Of a stretch of DNA of 64,000 bases, positions 20,009-29,158 are shown piece by piece. The notes below the pieces were generated by a model. It was not told where the DNA came from, did no database searches, and saw only the letters and a list, made by a program, of their open reading frames with translations. The translations under genes were made by a program, and so were the position numbers. The stretch comes from Candidatus Shapirobacteria bacterium (GTDB taxonomy: Bacteria; Patescibacteriota; Microgenomatia; UBA12405), in assembly GCA_028704885.1 (NCBI GenBank), contig JAQWEN010000001.1, positions 286,679 through 350,678 on the forward strand. The letters are read 5' to 3'. Position 1 is the first letter of the stretch; each line of letters starts with the position of its first letter.

Positions 20009-20157
20009 TGTTTGCAATTTGGACATTGAAAACCAGCCATTTTTGGCTGACCACAATGTTTACAACTTACGGGTTTGGCTATTTTAGGGCCAGTTTGTGA
20101 GGCTCTTCGTTTGCCTTGTCGGCGACTAGATGGCCAATGTTTTGGTACTGCTGTCAT
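20005..20157 (-). CDS. rpmF: 50S ribosomal protein L32
   Basis: Not in ORF track. MTAVPKHWPSSRRQGKRRASQ...CKHCGQPKMAGFQCPNCKQ (50 aa, zinc ribbon). Confidence 0.92.
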   Translation of the reverse strand: MTAVPKHWPSSRRQGKRRASQTGPKIAKPVSCKHCGQPKMAGFQCPNCKQ

Positions 20158-20200
20158 GGGAGTATTGTATCAGAAAAATAAATGATTTCTAATACGTAAT

Positions 20201-22210
20201 TTAATTACTAATAATTGACTCAGCGGTAATGTTTTCGGAGGTAATTTGGGAAAAATTATAATCCGGGTAATTATCAATAATCTCTTTTAAAATTTCCTGG
20301 CTGAGGCTAATTAATTTAGTGTCGGAAAAGCTGGCAATTTTAAGGGAGGGAAAACCATGCTGAATAGTAGAAAAAGCTTCGCCTGGTCCCCTGCTTTTTA
20401 GGTCAAATTCGGCAATTTTTAGACCATTATGATTTTTTTCTAAAAAATTAAGACGATCAATAGCTTTTTGATTGTTTGATTCGGTAAAAAGATAACAATA
20501 ACTTTGAAGATGGCCTCGACCGACTCGGCCACGAAGCTGGTGAAGGGCTGCCAAACCAAATCGATCAGCTGATTGAATAATAATAATGGAAGAATTGGGA
20601 ATATCAACACCGACTTCGATAATGGGAGTGGTAATTAAAATATCAAGTTGTTTGTCTTGAAATTGTTTAATAATTTTTTCCCGATCGACTGATTTTATTT
20701 TACCGTGAATTAGGCCTAATTTAAGATTTGGGAAAACTTCTTTTGATAAATGTTCAAATTCTTGAATAGCTGATTTAACACTGGCCATAGATTCGGAAAT
20801 ATCAATAAAAGGACAAACAATAAAAGCTTGACAGCCGGTTTTTTTAATTTCGGTTTCGATCCATTTATAACAACTGGTTTTTTTATGGTCGGGAACTAAA
20901 AAAGTTTTTATTTGAAGACGGTTTTGAGGAAGAGTGTCAATTATGGAAATATCTAGATTACCAAGCAATGTGAGACTAATGGTTCTAGGAATTGGTGTAG
21001 CGGTCATAGTGAGGCAATGCGGCAGTTTTAGTGATGAATTTAGAAAAGATCTTTGTTTAACTCCAAATTTATGTTGTTCATCAACTATCAATAAAGAAAT
21101 CTTGTTTTTTAGATTTAATTTTTGGTAAATAACAGCATGAGTACTAATGAGAATTCCATTTTTAGGTATCTTTTTAAGATCGATCTTTTTAGAGCCGGTT
21201 AACAAAAAAATAGGGATATCTTTATTTTTTAATATTTCTTGAAAGTTTTGATAATGTTGATTGGCGAGAATTTCGGTGGGGGCAATCAAAACTGAAAGAG
21301 AGTTGTTTAAATGAGTTAGATAACAAGCCAATAAAGCAATTATGGTTTTACCCGAGCCGACATCGCCTTGAAGAAGTCGATTCATAACTTGTTTTTGGTT
21401 AGTAAGATCAGTAAAAATTTCGGCTAAAACTTTGTCCTGAGAATCGGTTAGTTTATAAGGAAGTGATTTAATTAGATCTTTAATTTTTTTATCGATAATT
21501 TTGGTAACTTTTAATTTGGTTTTGGGGATATTTTTTTGCCATTCTTTCTTCAAAAGGTAGGATCGAATTTGAAGAGATAAAATTTCTTCGGTGGCAAGAC
21601 GAGTTCGGGCTTGTTCTAAAAATTGAGGATTGGTGGGACAGTGAATTTGGAGAAGAGAGATTTTAAGATCTAATAATTTAAATTTTTTAATCAAATTAGA
21701 AGGTAGAGTTTCTTTAATGTCTTTTAATAGATTATTAATTTGGATTTGAATTATTTTTCGAAACCATTTAGATGTTAATCCACTAGTTTCAGGATAGACA
21801 GAAATTATTTTACCAGTATTGTATTGACCGTATTCTGGGGCAATAATAGTTTTTTTGTTTAGGTAAAGACTGACAGTGCCAGCAAAACTAAGATTATCCC
21901 CTGCCTTAATATTTTTTGATAAATAAGGCTGATTAAACCAAATTAAATCTATTTTTCCGGTATCATCGGAAACGATGGCTTTTTGAATATTTTTGCCGTT
22001 TCGAGTAAAAATATTTTTGAAGTCGATAACCTTGCCGGTAATAGTGATGTTTTCATTTTCCAGAACGGAATTTATTTTGACAGAGTGAGAAAAATCAATG
22101 TATCGGCTGGGAAAATGATAAAGCAAATCTTTCGGATGATTAATATTAAGACGGTTAAGTTTTTCAAGAATTTTAGGTCCAATACCAGGAATTTGAGAAA
22201 GGCTATCCAT
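20201..22210 (-). CDS. recG: ATP-dependent DNA helicase RecG
   Basis: RLLQGDVGSGKT, DEQHKFG, TATPIPRT, LHQLRGRVGRG. Confidence 0.97.
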   Translation of the reverse strand: MDSLSQIPGIGPKILEKLNRLNINHPKDLLYHFPSRYIDFSHSVKINSVLENENITITGKVIDFKNIFTRNGKNIQKAIVSDDTGKIDLIWFNQPYLSKNIKAGDNLSFAGTVSLYLNKKTIIAPEYGQYNTGKIISVYPETSGLTSKWFRKIIQIQINNLLKDIKETLPSNLIKKFKLLDLKISLLQIHCPTNPQFLEQARTRLATEEILSLQIRSYLLKKEWQKNIPKTKLKVTKIIDKKIKDLIKSLPYKLTDSQDKVLAEIFTDLTNQKQVMNRLLQGDVGSGKTIIALLACYLTHLNNSLSVLIAPTEILANQHYQNFQEILKNKDIPIFLLTGSKKIDLKKIPKNGILISTHAVIYQKLNLKNKISLLIVDEQHKFGVKQRSFLNSSLKLPHCLTMTATPIPRTISLTLLGNLDISIIDTLPQNRLQIKTFLVPDHKKTSCYKWIETEIKKTGCQAFIVCPFIDISESMASVKSAIQEFEHLSKEVFPNLKLGLIHGKIKSVDREKIIKQFQDKQLDILITTPIIEVGVDIPNSSIIIIQSADRFGLAALHQLRGRVGRGHLQSYCYLFTESNNQKAIDRLNFLEKNHNGLKIAEFDLKSRGPGEAFSTIQHGFPSLKIASFSDTKLISLSQEILKEIIDNYPDYNFSQITSENITAESIISN

Positions 22211-22292
22211 AAAAATAATAATATCAGAAAATTTTTTAGTTTTCGGGTTTAATTGGGGTTAATTGGTTTTATATTTGTGTTATGATTAGATT

Positions 22293-22397
22293 ATGAAAAT
22301 TAGGAAGAAAACAGTTACTAAAGCCATATTGGTTGTGACTTTGATGATGTTGTTATTATCTGGTTTGATGGCTCCATTGATGGTTTTAATTAAATGA
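22293..22397 (+). CDS. Small single-pass membrane protein (34 aa)
   Basis: Not in ORF track. MKIRKKTVTKAILVVTLMMLLLSGLMAPLMVLIK; TGn-TATGAT 6 nt upstream; ATGA overlap with PBP start. Confidence 0.65.
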   Translation: MKIRKKTVTKAILVVTLMMLLLSGLMAPLMVLIK

Positions 22398-25063
22398 AAG
22401 ATAAATTAATAAATTTTTTCATAAAAATAAAAAACTGGATTGTTATTAATTTTGCCAATTTAAAGATGAAAATTAAAAGCAAGGTTAATTTTAAAAGCAA
22501 GGATTTTTGGTTTAGATTTTTTCGAGCGATTTTGATTTTAGCAGCTATTGGTTTTGTGGCTTTAATAGTTTTGTTTGTATGGTATTCAAAAGATTTACCA
22601 TCACCAACCAAAGTGGTGCGAAGGGATGGCTATTCAAGTAAAGTTTATGACAGAAATAATAATCCTTTATATGATATTTACGATCAAGCAAGAAGAGACC
22701 CAGTGGTTTTCAGTGATATTCCTGATTATTTGAAAAAAGCAACGGTAGCAGTAGAAGATAAGGATTTTTATAAACATAATGGTTTTGACCCGTTAACTCC
22801 ATTTAGAATTGTTAAGAATGTTTTTTATTTTGGAAAAGTAACTGGTGGTTCAACTTTAACTCAACAATTAACCAGAAATGTTTTATTAACAACTGAAAGG
22901 TCTTTGACTAGAAAAATTAAAGAATTGATTTTGTCAATCCAAATTGATGCTAAATATAGTAAAGATGAAATTTTGTCGATGTATTTAAATGAAGCACCTT
23001 ATGGTGGAGCCTCTTGGGGGGTTGGTCCAGCAGCAGAACAATATTTCAATAAACCAGTTAAAGAACTGAATTTAGCAGAATGTGCAATTTTGGCAGGATT
23101 ACCTCAACTACCTAGTGTTTATTCCCCTTTCTCGAAAACACCAGTGGCTTATATAAATAGGACGAATCATGTATTAAATAGAATGGTTGAGGATGGCTAT
23201 ATTAGTAAAGAATTAGCGACTGAAACTATGGAACAAGTTAAAAATTATAAATTTAATGATAATAGTTCAATAACAAAGGCACCGCATTTTGTTTTTTGGA
23301 TTAAAGAATTATTAGCAGAAAAATATGGAGAAGATGTAGTTGAAGGCGGAGGCCTTAAAATTACGACGACTTTGGATTTAGAACTACAGGAACAAGCTCA
23401 AAAAATAGTAAGTGAGGAAGTTGATAAGGCTGAAAATTTGGGAATAAGTAATGGAGCGGCTTTAATTTTAGATCCGACAAATGGTCAGGTTTTAGCAATG
23501 GTAGGATCTAGGGGTTATTTTTCAGACAAAACGGATGGAGCTTTTAATGTGACGACCCAGGCTTTAAGACAGCCAGGTTCGGCAATTAAACCAGTAACTT
23601 ATTTAGCTGGTTTGAAAAAAGGAATGACAGCGGCAACCATGATTATGGATACTCCGGTCACTTTTGCTGGGGTTGGAGGACAAAAAGATTATAGTCCAAA
23701 AAATTACAACGGTAAATTTAACGGACCAATGTCTCTAAGAGATGCTTTAGGTAATTCAATAAATATAACAGCAGTAAAAACATTAGCCAATGTGGGAGTG
23801 GAGAATATGTTGAAATTGGCCTATGACATGGGTATGTCTACCTTAGAACCAACAAAAGAAAATTTATCAAAGTTTGGTTTTGCGGTAACACTTGGGGGAG
23901 CTGAAGTTAAGATGATTGAATTGGCTTCGGCTTATACAGCCTTTGCAAATGGTGGTACTAGCATGAAAGCAATAGGAGTTTTAAAAGTTGAAGATAGAAA
24001 TGGTCGAGTTTTGGAAGAATATAAAGTACCGGATGGTAAAAAAGTAATGACACCACAAGAAGCTTTTATTATTTCAAATATATTATCTGATAATAGTGCT
24101 CGGGAATTAACTTTTGGAGCTGTTAACGGTCTTCAAGTTTCGGGATATCAAGTTGCAGTTAAAACAGGAACAACAAATGATAAAAGGGATAATTGGGCAA
24201 TTGGCTGGACACCTAATTTATTAAGTGCAGTTTGGGTGGGAAATAATGATAATAGCCCAATGGGAAAAATTGCTTCTGGTGTATCTGGAGCAACTCCAAT
24301 TTGGAAAAAGATAATGGTTTCTAGTTTACCAAAAAGAAATAAAGAAGATTTTTCGATTCCAGATAAGATTGTTAATCTGGATGTTGATAAAATTTCGGGT
24401 TATTTAGCTCATGATGGTTTTGTTTCTAAAAAAGAATATTTTATTGACGGAACCCAATCCTCTATTTCTGATCCAATTCATATGAATTTAAAAATTTGTC
24501 GAGGATTAACTGGACTAGCTACTCCTGAAGATGTGACAAGTGGGAATTATGATTCTAAAGAATTTTTTAATTTTTCAGAAAGCGACCCGGTTTCAACTGA
24601 TGGCAAAAATAGATGGCAGGAAGGTATAAATACTTGGATTTCACAACAATCAGATAATGGTAAATATTTTCCACCGACCGGTTATTGTCGCAGTGGTGGT
24701 TTAATAGGTTTATCGATTGATTCGCCAGCTGACAGAACCACAACTGCTACTGGAAATTTTACAGCTAGAATAACGGCCACTTCTTCAAAGAAAATTATAG
24801 AAGTAAAACTTTGGCTGGATGGAGTTGAAAAAAAGACATGGACGGAAAAACCATACGAAATGGAACTTAATTTAGAAGATGGCAAGCATATTATTAAAGT
24901 TAAGGCAACAGATAAGGATGGTAATGTCCAAGAAAAAGAATCTCTTTTTGGAGTTAATATTCCTTGGGATGCAACTCCAACTCCAATTCCTAGTCCAACC
25001 AATACTCCAGAAAATACGCCAATTGTGCCAATAAGTTCTCCAACTGCAACACCTTCTCCCTAA
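22394..25063 (+). CDS. Class A penicillin-binding protein (PBP1A family) with C-terminal Ig-like domain and Pro/Thr tail
   Basis: EDKDF, GGSTLTQQL, RKIKE; SAIK, SIN, KTGT. Confidence 0.95.
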   Translation: MKDKLINFFIKIKNWIVINFANLKMKIKSKVNFKSKDFWFRFFRAILILAAIGFVALIVLFVWYSKDLPSPTKVVRRDGYSSKVYDRNNNPLYDIYDQARRDPVVFSDIPDYLKKATVAVEDKDFYKHNGFDPLTPFRIVKNVFYFGKVTGGSTLTQQLTRNVLLTTERSLTRKIKELILSIQIDAKYSKDEILSMYLNEAPYGGASWGVGPAAEQYFNKPVKELNLAECAILAGLPQLPSVYSPFSKTPVAYINRTNHVLNRMVEDGYISKELATETMEQVKNYKFNDNSSITKAPHFVFWIKELLAEKYGEDVVEGGGLKITTTLDLELQEQAQKIVSEEVDKAENLGISNGAALILDPTNGQVLAMVGSRGYFSDKTDGAFNVTTQALRQPGSAIKPVTYLAGLKKGMTAATMIMDTPVTFAGVGGQKDYSPKNYNGKFNGPMSLRDALGNSINITAVKTLANVGVENMLKLAYDMGMSTLEPTKENLSKFGFAVTLGGAEVKMIELASAYTAFANGGTSMKAIGVLKVEDRNGRVLEEYKVPDGKKVMTPQEAFIISNILSDNSARELTFGAVNGLQVSGYQVAVKTGTTNDKRDNWAIGWTPNLLSAVWVGNNDNSPMGKIASGVSGATPIWKKIMVSSLPKRNKEDFSIPDKIVNLDVDKISGYLAHDGFVSKKEYFIDGTQSSISDPIHMNLKICRGLTGLATPEDVTSGNYDSKEFFNFSESDPVSTDGKNRWQEGINTWISQQSDNGKYFPPTGYCRSGGLIGLSIDSPADRTTTATGNFTARITATSSKKIIEVKLWLDGVEKKTWTEKPYEMELNLEDGKHIIKVKATDKDGNVQEKESLFGVNIPWDATPTPIPSPTNTPENTPIVPISSPTATPSP

Positions 25064-25093
25064 AGATAGGATAAATATAAAAATGGCAGGTAT

Positions 25094-25120
25094 TTAGCAG
25101 TCTATTAGTCTGACTGCTAA
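25094..25120. promoter_or_regulatory. CIRCE-like inverted repeat, copy 1
   Basis: TTAGCAGTC-tattagtct-GACTGCTAA (9-9-9). Confidence 0.55.
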
Positions 25121-25173
25121 TACATACTGTGTATGTATATTTACAAAATAACTGGGTTTAAATTGACATTTAA

Positions 25174-26967
25174 TTAAATTAAATCGAAAGTTTTTAAATG
25201 AAGTACTTTGGCTGTTTTGTCGTCGGTATTAAAATATGAAGCTTGGAAAGTGTAACGGTACTTATTAGTTTTTGGATCTTGATAAATATCTGTAATAATC
25301 AGCTTCCAAAGTATTTTTGGTCCAATGATGTCTGAATATTTGGCAATTAATTTAGTTGGATCCTCTTTGGTTTCTAAAATAAGATTAGCGTCGAGAGTGA
25401 TAATCTGAGAGGTAAGTTCGAAGGCATTGTTTTCATTTATTTTGGGAATATAATTTTCTGGTTTAGAAAGATTATCAATTATTATTTCAGCAAAATTATT
25501 ATCAATAATTTTAGCTTCAAGATTTAATTGTTGAAGGTTTTCTAGTAATTGAGCTGGGTTATAATGATAGATACCTAAGGCATTTTTTTCAACATAATCA
25601 TCCCCGGCTTTAGAAAAAACTTTTCCAATTTCAAAAAATTGAGTTTCTGGTAATTTAAAACGATTATATTGATCGAGCTGTTGAACCAGAGATGGAATTA
25701 AAGACTGGCGAAGATAAATAGCCTCGGAATTAATGCTGTTTTGAGTGGTTATAACAGTTTTTTCGTCAACAGGAGTGGTAACTAACGGCCAAGTTAGAAC
25801 TTCATCATAACCAAGTTCAACTAGTTTATCTTTAAGGCTTTCGATTAAGTAAATTTCTTTGGGGGTGATATCGGCTAATTCTTTAAAGACGAGAGGTTGA
25901 TTAAGAGGAATTTTTTGGTAACCCCAAAAACGAACTACTTCTTCAATTAAATCGGCTTCAATGGAAATGTCTTTTCTTACTGATGGTGGAGTAATTAAAG
26001 AATTATTTATTTGACAACCAAGACGAGCTAAACAATCAAGAGAAAAATCGGTAGGAATTTCAATACCAGAAACTAAAGAGGCTTTTTGGGGATTGAATTC
26101 GATTTCAGGTAATTCTATTTTTTGAGGATAGTGATCAAAGATTTGGGAAGTAATTTGACCTCCACAATTTTCTAAAATTAAATTAACTAAATGATTAAAA
26201 GCAGTGGGAATTAATTCAGGATCAAGATCTTTTTCAAGACGAATGCTGGCTTCAGTAACAGATTTTAATTGACGACTGTTTTGGCGGACAGTGGTACGGT
26301 CATAAATAGCAACTTCAACAATTATGTCAGTAGTTTCCAAATCAATAGCACAAGCCTCTCCTCCCCAAAAACTAAGGCTGAGAGATTTGTTAGGGTTATT
26401 AATCATCAAGATGTCATTATTTAGAGTTAATTTTGAGCCATCAAGACTGGTAAATTCTTTAAATTTAGAATTCATTTCCCAGATAAGATTGTCAGTCGAT
26501 TTGGAGGTATCAAAGGCATGATTGGGAATGCCATATAAAAACATAATATAGTTGGTTAAATCGACAATAGTGTTAATGGATTTGGAAGCATGACATTTAA
26601 GAAAAGTTTGAAGCCATTGTGGAGAGGAAGAATTTTTTATATGGCAGATTTTGGCAGCCATGACTCGTTTGACATTTGAAGTATTTACTTGGATTGGGAG
26701 AGAGTAGTTAGATTTTAGATCATCGATCGTAGATGATAAATTTTGGAGAGGAAGATTATAAAAAACAGATAAATCTTTAGCTAAACCATAATATCCAAGA
26801 CAATCACCACGATTAACTTTAATGTCTAAATCAAAAACAATTTCATTGTCAATTTTTTCAAAAAAATTAGTGAAATGACCAATCATGGTTAAATCATCGC
26901 GGAGTTGTTGAGGTTCAACTGAAAGATCGGGTAAAAATTTTTTGAGTTCGGAATAGATTATTTTCAT
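25174..26967 (-). CDS. pheT: Phenylalanine-tRNA ligase beta subunit (short form)
   Basis: NRGDCLG, VDLTNY, RKDISIEADLIEEVVRFWGY, LRQSL, FFEIGKVF. Confidence 0.93.
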   Translation of the reverse strand: MKIIYSELKKFLPDLSVEPQQLRDDLTMIGHFTNFFEKIDNEIVFDLDIKVNRGDCLGYYGLAKDLSVFYNLPLQNLSSTIDDLKSNYSLPIQVNTSNVKRVMAAKICHIKNSSSPQWLQTFLKCHASKSINTIVDLTNYIMFLYGIPNHAFDTSKSTDNLIWEMNSKFKEFTSLDGSKLTLNNDILMINNPNKSLSLSFWGGEACAIDLETTDIIVEVAIYDRTTVRQNSRQLKSVTEASIRLEKDLDPELIPTAFNHLVNLILENCGGQITSQIFDHYPQKIELPEIEFNPQKASLVSGIEIPTDFSLDCLARLGCQINNSLITPPSVRKDISIEADLIEEVVRFWGYQKIPLNQPLVFKELADITPKEIYLIESLKDKLVELGYDEVLTWPLVTTPVDEKTVITTQNSINSEAIYLRQSLIPSLVQQLDQYNRFKLPETQFFEIGKVFSKAGDDYVEKNALGIYHYNPAQLLENLQQLNLEAKIIDNNFAEIIIDNLSKPENYIPKINENNAFELTSQIITLDANLILETKEDPTKLIAKYSDIIGPKILWKLIITDIYQDPKTNKYRYTFQASYFNTDDKTAKVLHLKTFDLI

Positions 26968-27977
26968 AATTCGTTTGGTTTGTAGGCTAAATTTCCACCC
27001 ATGAGGGTGCGGATGTCTTTAATATTTTTTTGAGCCATGGTCCAGCGATCAAGACCCATACCAAAAGCAAAACCAGACCAAACTTTAGAATCGATACCAG
27101 CCATTTCTAAAACTTTAGGATGAATCATGCCGCTGCCGCCCATTTCGATCCAGCCGGCATATTTACAAAGAGGACAACCGACGCCGTGACAACTGAAACA
27201 TTGCATATCAGGACCGACACCTGGCTCAACTTCGGGATAATATTTGGCATGATAGCGAACGACAACATCAGGACCATAAAGAGTTTTAAACATTAAATCC
27301 ATAGTGCCAATTAAATCTTTCATGGTGACATTTTTATCGACAACAACGGCTTGATATTGATGAAAAACAAAATGGTTACTACGATTAACTTTTTCATTTC
27401 GAAAAACACTTCCAGGAAAAGCAGCCCGGAGAGGCAAATCTTTGTTTTTTTGAGCTAACAAATAGGCTTCAATGGCAGAGGTTTGAGTGCGAAGAAGATA
27501 TTCTGGTTCTTTGATATAAATGCTATCCTGCATATCCATAGCGGGATGATTTTTGGGAACATTAAGGCGAGCAAAATTAAATTCGTCGGTAACAATTTCA
27601 GGACTGTTGTAAACAGAGAAGCCAAGCTTTTTGAAAACCTGATTTAGTTGTCTTTCAGTTTGAGTAATAGGGTGAAGATGACCGATTTTTGGCAAGCCAA
27701 AAATTGTAGATGTCAGTTTTTCAGATGTCAGTTTTTCAGATTTTTCTACTGTTTTATTTGATAATAATTGTTCTAGTTCGGTTTTGAGTTGATTAAGATC
27801 GGCACCGTATTGACGTTTTTCTTCGTTTGGAATGTCTTTGATTTTGGAAAACAAATCATTAACTAAACCATTACGACCAAAAAGTTCGATTCGTAAACTT
27901 TCTAATTCTTGGTCGGTTTTGAGATTAGAAATTTTTTCTAAATATTGAATCTTAATGTTGTCTAAATTTTGATTCAT
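26964..27977 (-). CDS. pheS: Phenylalanine-tRNA ligase alpha subunit
   Basis: GHLHP, HPAMDMQD, LLRTQTS, GFAFGMGLDR. Confidence 0.96.
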   Translation of the reverse strand: MNQNLDNIKIQYLEKISNLKTDQELESLRIELFGRNGLVNDLFSKIKDIPNEEKRQYGADLNQLKTELEQLLSNKTVEKSEKLTSEKLTSTIFGLPKIGHLHPITQTERQLNQVFKKLGFSVYNSPEIVTDEFNFARLNVPKNHPAMDMQDSIYIKEPEYLLRTQTSAIEAYLLAQKNKDLPLRAAFPGSVFRNEKVNRSNHFVFHQYQAVVVDKNVTMKDLIGTMDLMFKTLYGPDVVVRYHAKYYPEVEPGVGPDMQCFSCHGVGCPLCKYAGWIEMGGSGMIHPKVLEMAGIDSKVWSGFAFGMGLDRWTMAQKNIKDIRTLMGGNLAYKPNEL

Positions 27978-27990
27978 GGTTTATTTTACT

Positions 27991-28016
27991 AAAAAAGCCC
28001 CTTTTCAGGGGCTTTT
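27991..28016 (-). terminator. Rho-independent terminator after rplT
   Basis: aaaaaagcccc-ttttca-ggggctttt. Confidence 0.85.
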
Positions 28017-28040
28017 AATTAATTTTTTAAATAAGTCCCC

Positions 28041-28385
28041 TTATTTCTTTATAAAATCGACGATAGTTTTAAATGAAGCATTATCTTTAATAGCAATTTC
28101 TGATAATGTTTTTCGATTTAATTCAATTTTTTTGTCTTTAAGTGTTTTAATAAAAACGGAATACTTAATTTCAAATGGTTTTAAAGCAGCATTTAAACGA
28201 GTGATCCAAACTTGACGCATATCTCGGCGACGAAGACGTCGACCTTTGAAAGCATACATACCAGAATGCATAACTGCTTCATTGGCGACTTTAAATCTTT
28301 TATGACGAGTCATCCAAAAACCTTTTGCGGCTTTTAAGATTTTTTTGTGTGCAGCTCGTCTGACTGTTCCAGTTTTAACTCTCAT
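28041..28385 (-). CDS. rplT: 50S ribosomal protein L20
   Basis: MRVKTG..RR..HKKILKAAKGF; WITRLNAA. Confidence 0.97.
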   Translation of the reverse strand: MRVKTGTVRRAAHKKILKAAKGFWMTRHKRFKVANEAVMHSGMYAFKGRRLRRRDMRQVWITRLNAALKPFEIKYSVFIKTLKDKKIELNRKTLSEIAIKDNASFKTIVDFIKK

Positions 28386-28389
28386 ATTT

Positions 28390-28599
28390 TTATAATTTAC
28401 CTAATAATTTTTTAACTTTAATAGCCAAAGCGTTAGCGATTGGGTGTTTACCTTTAAGTCGGCGTAATTGTTTTTTACTCTTTTTTCGACGTAAATGTCG
28501 GTTAAAAGATGACATACGCAAAACTTTACCAGTTTTGGTAACTTCAAATCTGTTAGAAACAGATTTTCTTATTTTCTTTTTTTTACTTTGTTTCTTCAT
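28390..28599 (-). CDS. rpmI: 50S ribosomal protein L35
   Basis: RFEVTKTGKV...HLRRKKSKKQLRRL; between infC and rplT. Confidence 0.93.
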   Translation of the reverse strand: MKKQSKKKKIRKSVSNRFEVTKTGKVLRMSSFNRHLRRKKSKKQLRRLKGKHPIANALAIKVKKLLGKL

Positions 28600-29149
28600 T
28601 TTTTGTGCCCCCGTTTTTTTTGACAGGAGTGAATGTAAGCATTAATCTTTTTCCGATAAGCTTGGCTTCACCCTCTGGAGAGCCAAATTCTTGTAAATCG
28701 GTTTTAACTTTTGCAATTAGATTGTGGCCAAATTCCTGATGATTCATTTGGCGACCTTGGAATTTTACACTTAATTTAATTTTATTTCCAGCAGTTAAAA
28801 ATTTTTGGGATCTTTTGATCATGGTTTCATAGTCACCAGGACCGATAAATGGGCTCATTTGAATCTCTTTTAAGTCTCCACCTTTAATTCCTTTTTTTTC
28901 AGATTTGAGTTTTTTGGATTCTTGATATTTAAACTTGGAAAAACTAATTAATTTAACAACGGGAGGTATAGCATTACCATTAATTTCAACTAAGTCTAAA
29001 CCTGTTTCTTGGGCTTGTTGACGGGCTTCGTCAATTGAAACAATTCCAATTTGTTTACCATCATCACTTAAAAGTCGGATAGTTGGCGCGTTAATATAGT
29101 GGTTTATTTTATAAAACTTGCGAGGTGAATTGGTTTTGAAACTACTCAT
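28583..29149 (-). CDS. infC: Translation initiation factor IF-3
   Basis: IN..I...IRL, LDLVEI, PPVVK, KFKYQ, FQGRQ. Confidence 0.96.
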   Translation of the reverse strand: MSSFKTNSPRKFYKINHYINAPTIRLLSDDGKQIGIVSIDEARQQAQETGLDLVEINGNAIPPVVKLISFSKFKYQESKKLKSEKKGIKGGDLKEIQMSPFIGPGDYETMIKRSQKFLTAGNKIKLSVKFQGRQMNHQEFGHNLIAKVKTDLQEFGSPEGEAKLIGKRLMLTFTPVKKNGGTKNEETK

Positions 29150-29158
29150 ATAATTTGT

